A stretch of DNA of 64,000 nt from Phyllosticta citribraziliensis (Eukaryota): positions 620,001 through 684,000 of the forward strand of contig NW_027117349.1 in NCBI RefSeq assembly GCF_038025025.1, read 5' to 3'. This document shows, piece after piece, positions 12,500 through 23,528 of this stretch. The position numbers and the translations under genes were made by a program. The stretch's first letter is position 1. Every line of letters begins with the position of its first letter. A model generated the notes under the pieces. It did not search any database and was not told the DNA's origin. It saw only the letters and a program-made list of their open reading frames with translations.

Positions 12500-13578
12500 T
12501 TTGAACGGCCTGTACGATGATGAGGTGGCGACATGGAGTTGGACATTTTGAAAAGCAGACTCCTGGGGTCATTGCGTCAAAGTTGGAGGCGGGGAGAGAA
12601 GACGCAGGAAACGACGGCACGATGACCAACGAGGAAAAGGGTTTTTGAGAGTAAGTATAGAGGAAGAAAGCCTCTGGACAGATTCGGTAAACCTCTTTTG
12701 AGCATCAGGAAGGCATTAGTCTCGGAACTGTCCGCTTGCATGGCATTTTGAGCGGCATAGCATCTTGGTACGGCACCGTCCCTGGCTCGAGCACACTACA
12801 ACTTCGGTAGATGATATTGGTTTCCTGTTTCTCTTCTCTACTTTGCTCTTTCTTCTGGGAGACTGTCAGCCACTAGAGGATTCGGGATTCGTTTGAGCTG
12901 GTTTCGAGGCATGCGTTATTGACTGTTATCAGGGGGCTCCAGGGGGTTCGTCGAGGATCTATCTGTCTGCCATGAGATGGTGCTTCCCGAGTTACTTTCC
13001 CAGTGTCTTGCTGATGGGCTTTTTCTTCTCACACGCGGACTGGCTAGGAGGCGCTTTCGTGGGGAATAGGGTCGGGCAGTACGATACACAGGACAATGCA
13101 TTAAGGAGGATGAAGTCGGATGGCTCCGTCTGGCTCGGGGAAAGACTGAAAGCATCCTCAACGTGAAATACTAGATATCCGGCAACTTCACCTAGCATCC
13201 CTCGGGCACGTGAAAAGTTTCAATGAAGCATTGCACGAAACAAAAGACGTGTTTTGTAACAATGGACAGGTACTGTTTCGGTGCTAGCGTCGCGGTGGGG
13301 CGTCGAGTCGTTGAGGCTCCACTTCAGCCTCGGTCGGCGCCACTTCAGGATCATCGGCGGGAAGCTTGGCCCTACAGGGACCTAGATGCCACATTTCAGA
13401 CAACCTCGACCATAGAACCTTCTTTGTGTCGCGGCTTTTGGCTTCCTCCTTGACTTTTCTTACCATGTCTGCTTGTCAATAGACCTTTTCCTTCCATTTG
13501 TCCTACTCACCTTCGTCCTTCTTTTCATCTCGCCCAGCTACACCCATCAATCGCATTACGAGCACTGCTCTCTTCACC

Positions 13579-14942
13579 ATGGCGCGCTCACAAACAGACG
13601 CGCAAAACGGCGAGCTTAAAAAGCGCATCCAACCAAAGGCCGAAAGTTTCCAGAATGGCGACGTGAAAAGCGCGCCTACTACTGCCCAGTCACAACCCGC
13701 ACAGAAAGAAGCTGGACTTGTTCAGCTTGTAATCTGCGTCGCGGGCATCTATGCCTCTTTGTACCTATCCCTTCCCCGCAAGCTATACCACAGTAGCTAA
13801 TAATCCGAAAGTCTCACCTGGGCTCTTCTCCAAGAGCGCATCACGACTACGCGTTACGGGCCGCAATCGGAAACCTGGACCTTCTCTCTCGTCCTCAACA
13901 CCATCCAGTCCTCTTTCGCCTTCCTGACCGGGTACATCTACCTCCTGTCCTCGAAAACGCAAAACCAGCCAACTCCCGCCATCTTCCCATCGTCGCGCAT
14001 CTTCCTGCCGCTCGCTCTCGTCGCGCTTACCAGCAGTCTCGCATCGCCTTTTGGCTACGCCAGCCTGAAATACATCGACTATGTGACGTTCATCCTGGCC
14101 AAGAGCTGCAAGCTGCTCCCCGTCATGTTCCTGCACCTCACCGTGTTCCGCAAGCGCTATCCGCTTTACAAGTACGCCGTGGTGGCGCTCGTGACGCTCG
14201 GCGTGGCCGTCTTCACCCTGCACCACCCGAGCACGGCCAAAAAGGCCAGCAAGCGCAGCGTCGAGGGCGGCAACACCGCGTGGGGCCTGCTCTTGCTCGG
14301 CATCAACCTGCTTTTTGACGGCTTAACCAACTCGACCCAGGATCATATCTTTACGGCATTTAAGCCCTTCTCGGGGCCGCAGATGATGTGTGCGCAGAAT
14401 GTTATGAGCACGGCTCTGACGGGCGTCTGGCTGCTGGTTTCGCCGTACGTGGCGGGGACACCGGTGGGTGGGTTTTTTGGCATGAAGGCCGGCGATGCGG
14501 GAGAGCTGGCGCAAGCCTTCGACTTTGTCCAGAGGCACCCGCAGGTAGGATGGGACGTCCTAGCCTTCGCGGCGTGCGGTGCCGTCGGACAAGTCTTCAT
14601 CTGTAAGTCTACCTCCCCCTCGCCCAAGAAAAGGGCAAATCCACAAACTCCCCAATTCTGTATCAGCCCAACTGACACTTCCACGCAGTCTACACCCTCG
14701 CGCACTTTTCGTCGCTCCTCCTCGTCACCGTCACCGTCACGCGCAAGATGCTGACCATGGTGCTCTCCGTCATCTGGTTCGGCCACAAGATCCACGGCAT
14801 GCAGTGGCTGGGCGTCGGGCTCGTCTTTGGCGGCATCGGCGCCGAGGGCCTCATTACGCGCCGCGAGAAGAAGGCCAAGGAGAAGGCCAAGCAGCAGCAG
14901 ACTCTGCACGAAGTTGCCGAGGGCGTCAAGAAGCAGTCTTAG
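13579..14942 (+). CDS. HUT1: UDP-galactose transporter homolog (UAA family, SLC35B1-like)
   Basis: Exons 13579-13760, 13812-14602 and 14689-14942 (408 aa). Motifs: LAKSCKLLPVM, LLFDGLTNSTQD, GQVFIFYTL..FSSLLLVTVTVTRKM. C-terminal KKQS fits an ER-retrieval KKxx signal. Confidence 0.92.
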
Positions 14943-15258
14943 TGAGTGACCGGGTTGTTGTCACAGATTTGAGATTCCCAGTAGATGTAGGATCAAGAGG
15001 TTTGCATTAGAGTCGGCGTTCGGATATTTAGGAGATGGGGGGTTCTTGTGCATATACCACCAGAATTTTGATGGCTTCAATATTTCACTAGTACAAGTTC
15101 CTTCTGGGTTTTCGTGGGTTGTATGGACGTACAGCTCCAACCAAGAGCTTTTCATTGGCGGACAAGGACCAATTTCGGGCAAAGACCACTTCGAACCAAT
15201 CTTTCTCCAGGTCTTCTGTCCTCTTGAACCTCGACCATTGGAGCTTCGCGATCCCATC

Positions 15259-15400
15259 ATCTACTCTCGTCTCCAGGAGCGATCAATTCGTTTGCTGCGC
15301 ATAAAATCGCCAACCGTCATGCCAGAACCTCCCCTGCACGATACAGAGAGGAATTGCTGAAGGCTGCCTCCAGGAAGCGTCTCTAAGTGAACCTGCAAGA
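15259..15400 (+). pseudogene. Possible degenerate fragment of a HET-domain (PF06985-type) gene
   Basis: IYSRLQERSIRLLRIKS, then after a +1 shift GIAEGCLQEASLSEP. This resembles the 'Y..L....IRLL.L....i.c.L...sL...' lead-in of HET proteins, but the following ALSYxWG motif is absent. Confidence 0.3.
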
Positions 15401-15527
15401 GCAGGATGTCGTTGCACAACGCACAACAGCACGATGCGAGGGATCTTCTTGAGGGAAAAGCTTGGGCTCCGCATGTCACGCGTTGACGCGTCGCGTTTGA
15501 GTTCACCCCACCGGGCGCGTACATATC

Positions 15528-17351
15528 ATGTCTATTTCCTCCTCGCCTGCAAATCTCCACACCCGCCTCTCCTTTGAACAGCTTACTACTCCCCTTCCGC
15601 CAAAACAGACAGTCGGCCGAACCATGCCTGCGACATTGTTCCTGCAACTAGCAGAAGAGCTCAAGGACGCTGTTCTTGAACATTGCGACGTCCAAACCCT
15701 GAAATCTGTCCGCTCCACATGCCGCTCTCTTGTTCCCGCCGCTTCTCGTCATCTTTTCAGGCGAGTCAAAGTGGACCTTCTCGAGCCAGCTAGCACGGAT
15801 GCCTTTCTCAAGATTGCCACCAACACACATCTCGCATGCTGCATCAAATGCATCGAAGTGTCGGTTGGAGATGTCTTGCCGAGCTGCCCGCGTGAAGGGC
15901 ACTATCAAATCTACCGACAACTGTCCCGCTACATGGATGACCTCCCGCCCGACCCCCCTATGCCCGGTGTCAAATCGATTCTGCCCACCATCGATGCCAT
16001 AATCAAGGCTGTCGAGGCACTGCCGAATCTCGAATCCCTTTCGAGTTCGTTGAGAAACGAAGCAGGTGGATTTGATCCGTCGATGAACGTGTTCTTGCTC
16101 GCCGTCAGTCGGCGCTCAAACAGCCCTGCTGTCCATTCCCGCACCCTCAAGTCTCTTGAATGGGTCAAGTCTACCAGAAGGAACTTCCATAATATTTGGG
16201 CACATCAGTTGACGCGCTGGGAGCGCACTGCGCAGGGAGATGATCCTCCTGTCCCCTTCTTCCACCTGTTCAAGAATCTTGACCTCTGCGAGACTACAGG
16301 GGTCAGTTGCCTTGATTACTCGGATGAAGAGGACGACGATGATGAGGAGGATGATGGAGAGGATAGTGATAGAGAGGACGATGAGGAGGAGGAGGATGAT
16401 GATGAAGATGAGAATTCACATGAAGATGAGGATAGTGAGGACGCCTGGGAGGATGCTGAAGACGATTCTGAAGACGGAGAAGATGAAGAACAAAACGAGA
16501 GTGCTTCCAACAACAAACGAACCAAAGGCTTTCTCTTCATACAGGCAAAGCTCTCGAAAATGTGTCCGGCCAAGACCAACGCCCTTGAGTCTCTGCGAAT
16601 GGACTTTGAGATAGACACGTGCAAACCGACGGACTTTATCAATCAAGACTCGCTCAAAGCCTTCGAGGGCTTCGCACTCTCGCCACACTTGTCCAAAGTC
16701 AGCCTCTCGCGCTTCGTCACCTCGTCCGACTGCCTCCTCACCTTCCTCCGTCGCGTGTCTCCCACGCTGCGCCATCTCACCATCGACCATGCCCTCCTGT
16801 CTCGTGTCAAGGACATCATTGGCGACCGCGCGATCCAAATCCGCGAGGACTACATCTTGGACCGCGACTTCCCGGAGCCCGACACCATCTACACGTGGGA
16901 CGAAGTGCTCCCGCGGCTGCGCGAGACACTGTCCGCCGCGCCACTCTCGTCACTGCACCTCCGCCGGCTGATGGACTCGAAGAACATCCGACACTCAGAG
17001 TGGGGCAGCGATTCGCACGGCGGACGCACGCTGCTCGACAGCGGCGCGTGCGACTGGTTTGCCGCCCATCAGGCCATCGACGTGCGCGACTACCTTCTGG
17101 GGCGCCGAGATGGCGAGGAGCCGCCGCCGCTCGACGCCGACGCTTACTTCAAGCTGCACGCTGCCCGTGCTGGCTGCGCCCTTTGCGGGCAAATGGTCAG
17201 GGCGCGCGATCGCAATGTGAAGAAGAGGACGCCCAAGGAGAAACTCGTCACTTTTGAGTCGAGCCTCGAGCTCGTCCGGCGCGTTTTGGAGAACAGATGT
17301 GGAGCTGGATTGAGCGATGACGGTGTCGTGTATGACCTGAAGATGGATTAA
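15528..17351 (+). CDS. F-box-like protein with internal acidic tract
   Basis: Single 607-codon ORF (alternative ATG at 15624). N-terminal LAEELKDAVLEHCDVQTLKSVRSTCRSL..AASRHLFRRV fits a fungal F-box. Leucine-rich repeats such as LRHLTI, LESLRM and LSSLHL follow. Confidence 0.75.
   Translation: MSISSSPANLHTRLSFEQLTTPLPPKQTVGRTMPATLFLQLAEELKDAVLEHCDVQTLKSVRSTCRSLVPAASRHLFRRVKVDLLEPASTDAFLKIATNTHLACCIKCIEVSVGDVLPSCPREGHYQIYRQLSRYMDDLPPDPPMPGVKSILPTIDAIIKAVEALPNLESLSSSLRNEAGGFDPSMNVFLLAVSRRSNSPAVHSRTLKSLEWVKSTRRNFHNIWAHQLTRWERTAQGDDPPVPFFHLFKNLDLCETTGVSCLDYSDEEDDDDEEDDGEDSDREDDEEEEDDDEDENSHEDEDSEDAWEDAEDDSEDGEDEEQNESASNNKRTKGFLFIQAKLSKMCPAKTNALESLRMDFEIDTCKPTDFINQDSLKAFEGFALSPHLSKVSLSRFVTSSDCLLTFLRRVSPTLRHLTIDHALLSRVKDIIGDRAIQIREDYILDRDFPEPDTIYTWDEVLPRLRETLSAAPLSSLHLRRLMDSKNIRHSEWGSDSHGGRTLLDSGACDWFAAHQAIDVRDYLLGRRDGEEPPPLDADAYFKLHAARAGCALCGQMVRARDRNVKKRTPKEKLVTFESSLELVRRVLENRCGAGLSDDGVVYDLKMD
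16321..16490 (+). repeat. GAT/GAG-rich low-complexity tract encoding poly-D/E
   Basis: Encodes SDEEDDDDEEDDGEDSDREDDEEEEDDDED... inside the F-box-like ORF. Confidence 0.85.
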
Positions 17352-18653
17352 GGGGGAACCTGAGTGCAATCTGAACATTAACACCGTCTGCGGGCCCTGA
17401 ATCGGGAACGAATGAAGCGTCTGTTCATGCCCAAGACAGAAATATCTTGATGCTCTTCGATCCTCTTTTCGATTTCTCTCCTTATATCGCGCAAGTCTCT
17501 CTCTATGAATAGATAGTCCAGTCATTCCTGACTCGGCGAGTCGGGCAAGAGATGAGGAATTACCCAACAAATCTTTTGAGCGTAGGTACTGGTCCGAGGC
17601 CGTCATCTAGTCCAATGTACTCCCTGCCATCCTGTCCTACACGACGTCCATCTGCAAGTGGGTGATGGTCGCGATGCTTCGACTGCGGTGCCTCTTGACG
17701 TTGTTCCTCTGTCTGGGCAAACAACCAAAGAACCCCAACAGCTGCATTGACGCAACGTCCCAGAGACGTTTACATTCTCAGGAGACTTCGGTCCTAGTTT
17801 GTTTTTCTTTATTCCCGCCATTCCAAACTTTGGCTTCCTTTCACACGCGTGAAGTTGGAAGAGGCGGTCAAATGACACGGTCGATTGTTGCTGGATGCTT
17901 CGCGTTTTTTCGGAAAGATAGAAAGGAAGTCTACCAGCCTCGCAAAATGTGGTCGGGATTGCCAGTGCAGCCTCGTCGACACGAGAGTACATCCTTAGGG
18001 AATCGGTCTCACTCACAGACGGGGAGCGTTCGTTTGTATTGATAGACGACTGACGGGGAGGGAGCGTTCATATGCTCCAACGGACGACACTAACAGGGAG
18101 CATTTAATAGTCGAGTGTGCTTAGCGAAGTCTTTTGGCTGCACAGTAAGTGTCTGTGTACGCAGTCAGATAGATAGACAGACAGCAGCGAAGGAAAGGGG
18201 AACAAACGGATGGTTTAGCCGTGTCTGTACTGCTGCTGCTGCTGCTATGAGGAGTGGATGTGTTGTCATACTCATGGTATCTAACTCTGTCTGTCTGTCT
18301 GCCCATCTGCCTGTTTGTTTGTATCCATTGTATCGTATCGACTGGCTGTTGTCGTTCGCTCGCTGTACTGAACCGTACTGTCCTGCCCCGTACTGTAATG
18401 TACTGTACAATCAATGTACGGCTTCCCTTCCTCGGTACATGTATCAATCAACTGCTCTCACTACTCCGACGCCGACCGTCTCTCCTTCATTTCCCCTTAA
18501 ACCCACCAACCAACCGGCCAACCGAGACGCCGTGCATGCTTCCCCACTTGCCCGCCTGCCTTTTTCTGTCTGTATAGGTATTAGTGTACCATCGCAACGC
18601 AGCAGCACGCGACCCAAAACTCCACTCCCTCGAAAACAGCTCTAACAAGAGTC

Positions 18654-20387
18654 TTACGCATCGCAGTCCCCTTTCCAGGCCTCGCCGCCTGCATCACCGA
18701 CCCACCTCTCGGCGCCGTCCGCAGGCAGCACATCCCACGCCGCCTTCTCACCGAGCCAAATGTGATGGCGGACGGTAATGTTGACCCTGACCTTCGCCGC
18801 GTCGCCCACCACACCACCGGGGACAGAAGAAGTCACAGCATCGGGCTCCGCAGCGTCGGCAATCGCGCCCGCCGCGACCCACAAGCGGTGCCCTCTGCTC
18901 CCCGCCTCGGCGTCCTCGGCCGTCTGCGCGCACTCCCTCGCCTTGCCCTTCGCCCTCGCTTTCGCCTTGGCCGTCGCATTGGCGCGGCCGGCCGGCATCT
19001 CGCCGGCCTCGAGCTCGTCGTCTTCGTCTTCGAACCACCACAGGTAGACGCCCGCGCCGCAGACGGCGCAAAAGGCGCGCTCGGCGTGCTCGTCGAAGGT
19101 GCGCGGGCGCAGGGCGGGCGGGCCGTTGTGCGGCGTCGCGGGGTAGCTCTTGTTCAGGGAGGAGAGCCAGTGGAATGACGACATGTGGACGGGGACGTAC
19201 GTTTGCGATGTGCTGGCGCTGATGCGCCGGCATGTGCGGCAGTGGCACGTCAGCGCCGAGAGGGGCACGGCGGGCACGGCGGGAGATGTGGCGGAGATGG
19301 ACGACAGCGTTTGTGAGGTCGGTATGGCGACGGGCGCGGCCGTCACGTTGAGTTGGAAGCGCAATGCGCCGCAGTGGCACGAGCCCGGCAGCGTGAGGGG
19401 AGACGAGGGCGTAGGGGTTGGCGTGAGCGGGGCCTCCTCCTCTTCGTCGTCGCCATCCTCTTCGGTGTTTTCGGTTGCGGGTGGTGATGTGGGTGCGGCG
19501 GCTTTGGCTTTGTCCTTGGTTGATGGCGCTGGCCGCTCCGGGAGGCAACTCTGGTCCGAGGCGCGCGCCGCGGCGACATAGACACCGTCAACGTCGATGG
19601 CCCGGCCATGTCCCAGCGGGTCTTTGGCTGCTACCTTGGCCCATTCGCCGCGGTAGAGGCGTTGCGCCTCGGCATACAGTGCCTCGTCTTCAAAAAGCCT
19701 ACTCACTTCGGGGATGCTCGATACGGCCTTTGCAAACCACTCGTCGGCGTCCTCAAGCGCATAGATCTTTTCATGATAGCCCACACACTCGACAAAGGTG
19801 TACGACGTGACTTCGAGACCCGCCTTGGTCAGGAGCGTGCGCAGCGAGTTTTCTTCCGACGCCCAAATGCGGTGGTAAGGAAAGTGCAGTTTCATGTGCC
19901 GGGAAACCAGCTCAATCAGCGACATGTGCAGCCAGTTTTGTGGGTGTGGGACGTCGGTCACGAGGTAACCGCCCGGTCTCAAGTACGGTAGCCATGAGGC
20001 AAGAGCGTCGGCAGGGTCGTGGAGCAGGACGAGGGCAGACGCAATTGTAATGGCGGAAAAGGTGCCCTTTTGGACAGCCAGGGACGGTATATCGTCGAGG
20101 CGGGTGATGTCATGCTCGTGGAAGGTGACGTTTGCGCCGGCATGCGAGGAGAGCTTCTTTTGTGCAACTTGGAGCATGCCGCTGCTAATGTCGACGCCGA
20201 CGACGGCGCCCGTGGGACCGACCTTGTCGGCGGCCAGGAAGGAGATGAGGCCGGTCCCGCAAGCCAGGTCGAGGACTTTGTCGCCCGGTTGGAGCGGCAC
20301 GTGCTCGACAAAGTTTCTGGCAAACGAGGGGTGATGCGAGTCGTCGTAGTTTGAGGCGCGGCGATCATACATGTGTTTGGAGTCCAT
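18654..20387 (-). CDS. Class I SAM methyltransferase (UbiE-like) fused to a GFA/CENP-V (Mss4-like) zinc domain
   Basis: Single-exon ORF, 577 aa from the ATG in a CCACCATGG context at 20387. MTase motifs VLDLACGTG, VVGVDISSGML, LRPGGYL. GFA motifs GSCHCGA, CHCRTCRR, RAFCAVCG, HIWLGEKAAW. Confidence 0.85.
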   Translation of the reverse strand: MDSKHMYDRRASNYDDSHHPSFARNFVEHVPLQPGDKVLDLACGTGLISFLAADKVGPTGAVVGVDISSGMLQVAQKKLSSHAGANVTFHEHDITRLDDIPSLAVQKGTFSAITIASALVLLHDPADALASWLPYLRPGGYLVTDVPHPQNWLHMSLIELVSRHMKLHFPYHRIWASEENSLRTLLTKAGLEVTSYTFVECVGYHEKIYALEDADEWFAKAVSSIPEVSRLFEDEALYAEAQRLYRGEWAKVAAKDPLGHGRAIDVDGVYVAAARASDQSCLPERPAPSTKDKAKAAAPTSPPATENTEEDGDDEEEEAPLTPTPTPSSPLTLPGSCHCGALRFQLNVTAAPVAIPTSQTLSSISATSPAVPAVPLSALTCHCRTCRRISASTSQTYVPVHMSSFHWLSSLNKSYPATPHNGPPALRPRTFDEHAERAFCAVCGAGVYLWWFEDEDDELEAGEMPAGRANATAKAKARAKGKARECAQTAEDAEAGSRGHRLWVAAGAIADAAEPDAVTSSVPGGVVGDAAKVRVNITVRHHIWLGEKAAWDVLPADGAERWVGDAGGEAWKGDCDA

Positions 20388-21416
20388 GGTGGCGGATAGG
20401 TTGTGAGAGGATGACAAATTTGATGTCTTTCATGTGCACAGCACAGCAAGACTTGGAGGGAAAGGAGGCGAGGGCCGGTGTCGAGGGCGAGGGTCGAAGA
20501 AGGTGATGGCGAGGAAGGAACCGTTGGTGAAGTCGAGATAACGTGTAAGTGGGCGGGGCAGGATGCGAATGGTAGTCAGCGCTACTGCATGACCCCGCGC
20601 TAGCGGGCGAGTGTTTGAGAAGTTGCATGGATCGAGGTGAGTGGCTGAAGAGCAGCTTCTGGAGAGGAGTGGTTTGAAGGTTCGCGTTCATCCAAGGCGC
20701 AGCTTCATGGCTGGATGGTGGGAGCAGGAAAAAAGGAGAGGCACGAGGTCAATGGTGGAGAAGCAGAGCGACGGATGGGCTCATCTCGCACGAGAGCATA
20801 AGAAAGATATGGTTTGCCGAGAGTTGATGGCATGTCGTGTCTGGGAGATGGTCAGCGATGGAAATGAGAGGCAGGGGCTGGAGTCGGTTGTGCACAAAAA
20901 GCAATGAGATGGGTCTGCAGGAACAGAGACAGGGACAGAAACAGGAACAGGCAGGCTTCGGAGAAAATCATGTGGGAGCAAGCGAAGGTGGTGAGGAGGG
21001 TAGGGATGAGATGGCTGTCAGAGGGCGTACATGTAACCAGGGATGAGGTCGCGTGGCGGCAGCGGACCCCTGGCTACCCAGACACGCAACGGGTTTATTG
21101 TCAGGCGGTAGGCGGAGGCGCAGGGATAGAGACTCGATGGAACGCTGTGAATAAGCCAGCCAAACAAACGCTGAAGAATGAATGCATTTGGATTTGACTT
21201 TGGATTCGGATTTGAAGCCGGAAAGGAATGCGTGTCGATCAAAAGTGGTTGCCGGGCTGCCGGGCCAGATCGACCCCAGGGCCGGCCACAGCTTCGCAGG
21301 GCACCAGCGCCTGTCGCGTCGCGTGTCAAAGCAGCCCAGCCAGCACCGGCGCCTGGCTAACCGTTTCACTTGGCCACCCACACACAGCATGGATTCGTAG
21401 TCGACGGCGACGAGAG

Positions 21417-21439
21417 CAACAACAACAACAACAACAACA
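21417..21439. repeat. (CAA)n microsatellite
   Basis: Seen directly. Confidence 0.85.
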
Positions 21440-21887
21440 TGTCACGACTCTTGCAAGCGTCGACTCGCTCGCTGCGGTCGGGTGGGCGAGACCCTGAGGT
21501 GCACCATGACGTGAGTGTTTCACCAGAAGCCGGGGATCCCAGCCACACTCGCTGCCTTCTGCTTCTTCGCCGCCCCGCCTCTCGACAACTTCACCTCTGC
21601 CACCCATTTTCTGTGCATAAACATACAATACAAATCACCATCATCGACTGCCACCATGCCTGCACCTTGCTCGCTGCTCTCCACCACCACGCTGCGCCCC
21701 CCACTTCTGCTGCGTGCCCATTTGCCGGCTGTGCCGAATTCCACTGCAGTCTGCCAGAGGTTATTCACCACCATCATTTCGTTTCTCACCACCCATTCGA
21801 CCCTCCATTTCTTAAACCTATCAGAAACGCCGACTGCCGCCAAACTCAATTGCTCCCTCCGAAATAACAAATCCACAAGTCCCCGTC

Positions 21888-23528
21888 ATGGCCGCAGAGT
21901 CCGCGGTACCCATGCTCCCCTCCACTCGCCCCATGCCCACGCCCACCGCATCTTCGCAGGCCACCAGATGCTCCCTGCGACACACCAGCACCAATCGAGA
22001 CGGCCCCAACTCCCCTACCGCTACCTCTCCCCGACCCTCCCCGTCAACAAGACAACACGCCGAAAATTTGGACCATGCTCTGCAGCTGCCACGTCCTACA
22101 CCTCTCTTGACGCCTGGAACCTCGCCCTTGTATCCTGCCCACCTCGACCACGACTTCCCCCTTTCCTCCACCAAGCTTCCCTCCAAATCCCTCCTCGACT
22201 CGTGTAGACCGCTAGTTCACCGTGCAACCACCTGCGCCGCCCACCTCTCCTCCTCGCCTCCCAAATCTCTGGCTTCATTCATTCCCTCGCGCCGGGCCCC
22301 AGAACAAAGCCTCGACCACTCCGCCGCCGCAAAGTCCTCCTCCCTCTTTGCCGACTGGTTCAACGGGCCCTCCGTCTCCTTTCAGATTGGCTTCTCCTCC
22401 AGCTCCGACGAGGATTCAGAGTCAGACATTGGCAGCGATTCGGACCTTGGACTCGAAGACCTCGACACCACCATCATGGACAGCGGCAGCTCATACACTC
22501 GTGCTCCGCCAAAGGCTCGCACGAGCATGGCCTCCAACCGTCAGAGCACCGTCTCAGTCAATTCCACCCAGTCTGCCGCCAGCAAGCAAAACTTCTTCAC
22601 GTCCCTCTTTTCCCGCGGCCCCGCCACGCACAAGTTGGATCCAAACCAACCTCAGGATCTCCTGTCCGTCATGAACATTGACGAGGCCCTCTTTCCAAAC
22701 GGCCAACTGGACCCGCAGGACCCGGCCTCCTATCCAACGCTGCTCACCTCGAGCAAGGCACTGCTGGAGCAGTTTCAGGCTTCGTACAAGGCACTACACT
22801 TTGCAATGCAAGACACTCGTCTGGAAGAGGACGCCATGATGGAGGAAAAGAAGGAGGCGGAAGCACGGGCCAAGCACCTGCAGATCCAGCTCGACGCCTT
22901 CAAGTTCGACCTGGAGAAGCGCGACAAGGAGATCCACAGCCTGCGCGAGCAGCTCGAGGCCGAGCGGCAGATGCAGCAGCAGGACGAGGCGCGCGCAAGC
23001 CGCAGCCCGGTCAACTGCAAGTGCGAGAAGCGCCAGAGCGCCGCCAGCAACCTGACGGGGGCCGCCGAGTCTGTCATCTCGGACCGCGACTCGGGGTTCG
23101 AGTCTGAGAGCGAAACCATTGCCGTCGAAGATGGCGCCTTTAGCCGTCCGGCGTCGATGGTCTCTGACGCGGATGAAATCGACCTGTGCCCCACGCCGAC
23201 GTCGACGGCCGGCCCGACGTCCGCTCCCCCTGCTGCTGCTGCTGCGGCCCCTCGCCCGGGCCACATGAAGCGCAAGAGCACCTTTGACAAGAATCTGGTG
23301 CAAAAGCGTCAGTCCAAGCAGGGCGCCCCCTCGCCACCTATGCGCGCCAACCAGCCCATCGTGCTCAGCGGCGGCAAGATTCGCGTCAACGACGCCGCGT
23401 CGGGCCACCAGCACGTCGACCTGTGGCGCGAGAACCACGTCTTGCGCGAGCGCGTGACGGAGCTCGAAAAGGTCGTCGACGAGACGCTCGGCATCGTCGG
23501 CGGGCTCGAGGCATCAAATGTGTGTTGA
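21888..23528 (+). CDS. Hypothetical fungal protein with central and C-terminal coiled coils
   Basis: 546-codon ORF with strong codon bias. Heptad-rich EEKKEAEARAKHLQIQLD..LREQLEAER and LWRENHVLRERVTELEKVVD. Disordered S/P-rich N-terminus; start uncertain. Confidence 0.8.
   Translation: MAAESAVPMLPSTRPMPTPTASSQATRCSLRHTSTNRDGPNSPTATSPRPSPSTRQHAENLDHALQLPRPTPLLTPGTSPLYPAHLDHDFPLSSTKLPSKSLLDSCRPLVHRATTCAAHLSSSPPKSLASFIPSRRAPEQSLDHSAAAKSSSLFADWFNGPSVSFQIGFSSSSDEDSESDIGSDSDLGLEDLDTTIMDSGSSYTRAPPKARTSMASNRQSTVSVNSTQSAASKQNFFTSLFSRGPATHKLDPNQPQDLLSVMNIDEALFPNGQLDPQDPASYPTLLTSSKALLEQFQASYKALHFAMQDTRLEEDAMMEEKKEAEARAKHLQIQLDAFKFDLEKRDKEIHSLREQLEAERQMQQQDEARASRSPVNCKCEKRQSAASNLTGAAESVISDRDSGFESESETIAVEDGAFSRPASMVSDADEIDLCPTPTSTAGPTSAPPAAAAAAPRPGHMKRKSTFDKNLVQKRQSKQGAPSPPMRANQPIVLSGGKIRVNDAASGHQHVDLWRENHVLRERVTELEKVVDETLGIVGGLEASNVC

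Noticed and set aside
17603..18645. ORFs in the F-box/MTase convergent spacer
   Set aside because: Simple-repeat-rich 3' region; no consistent gene model.
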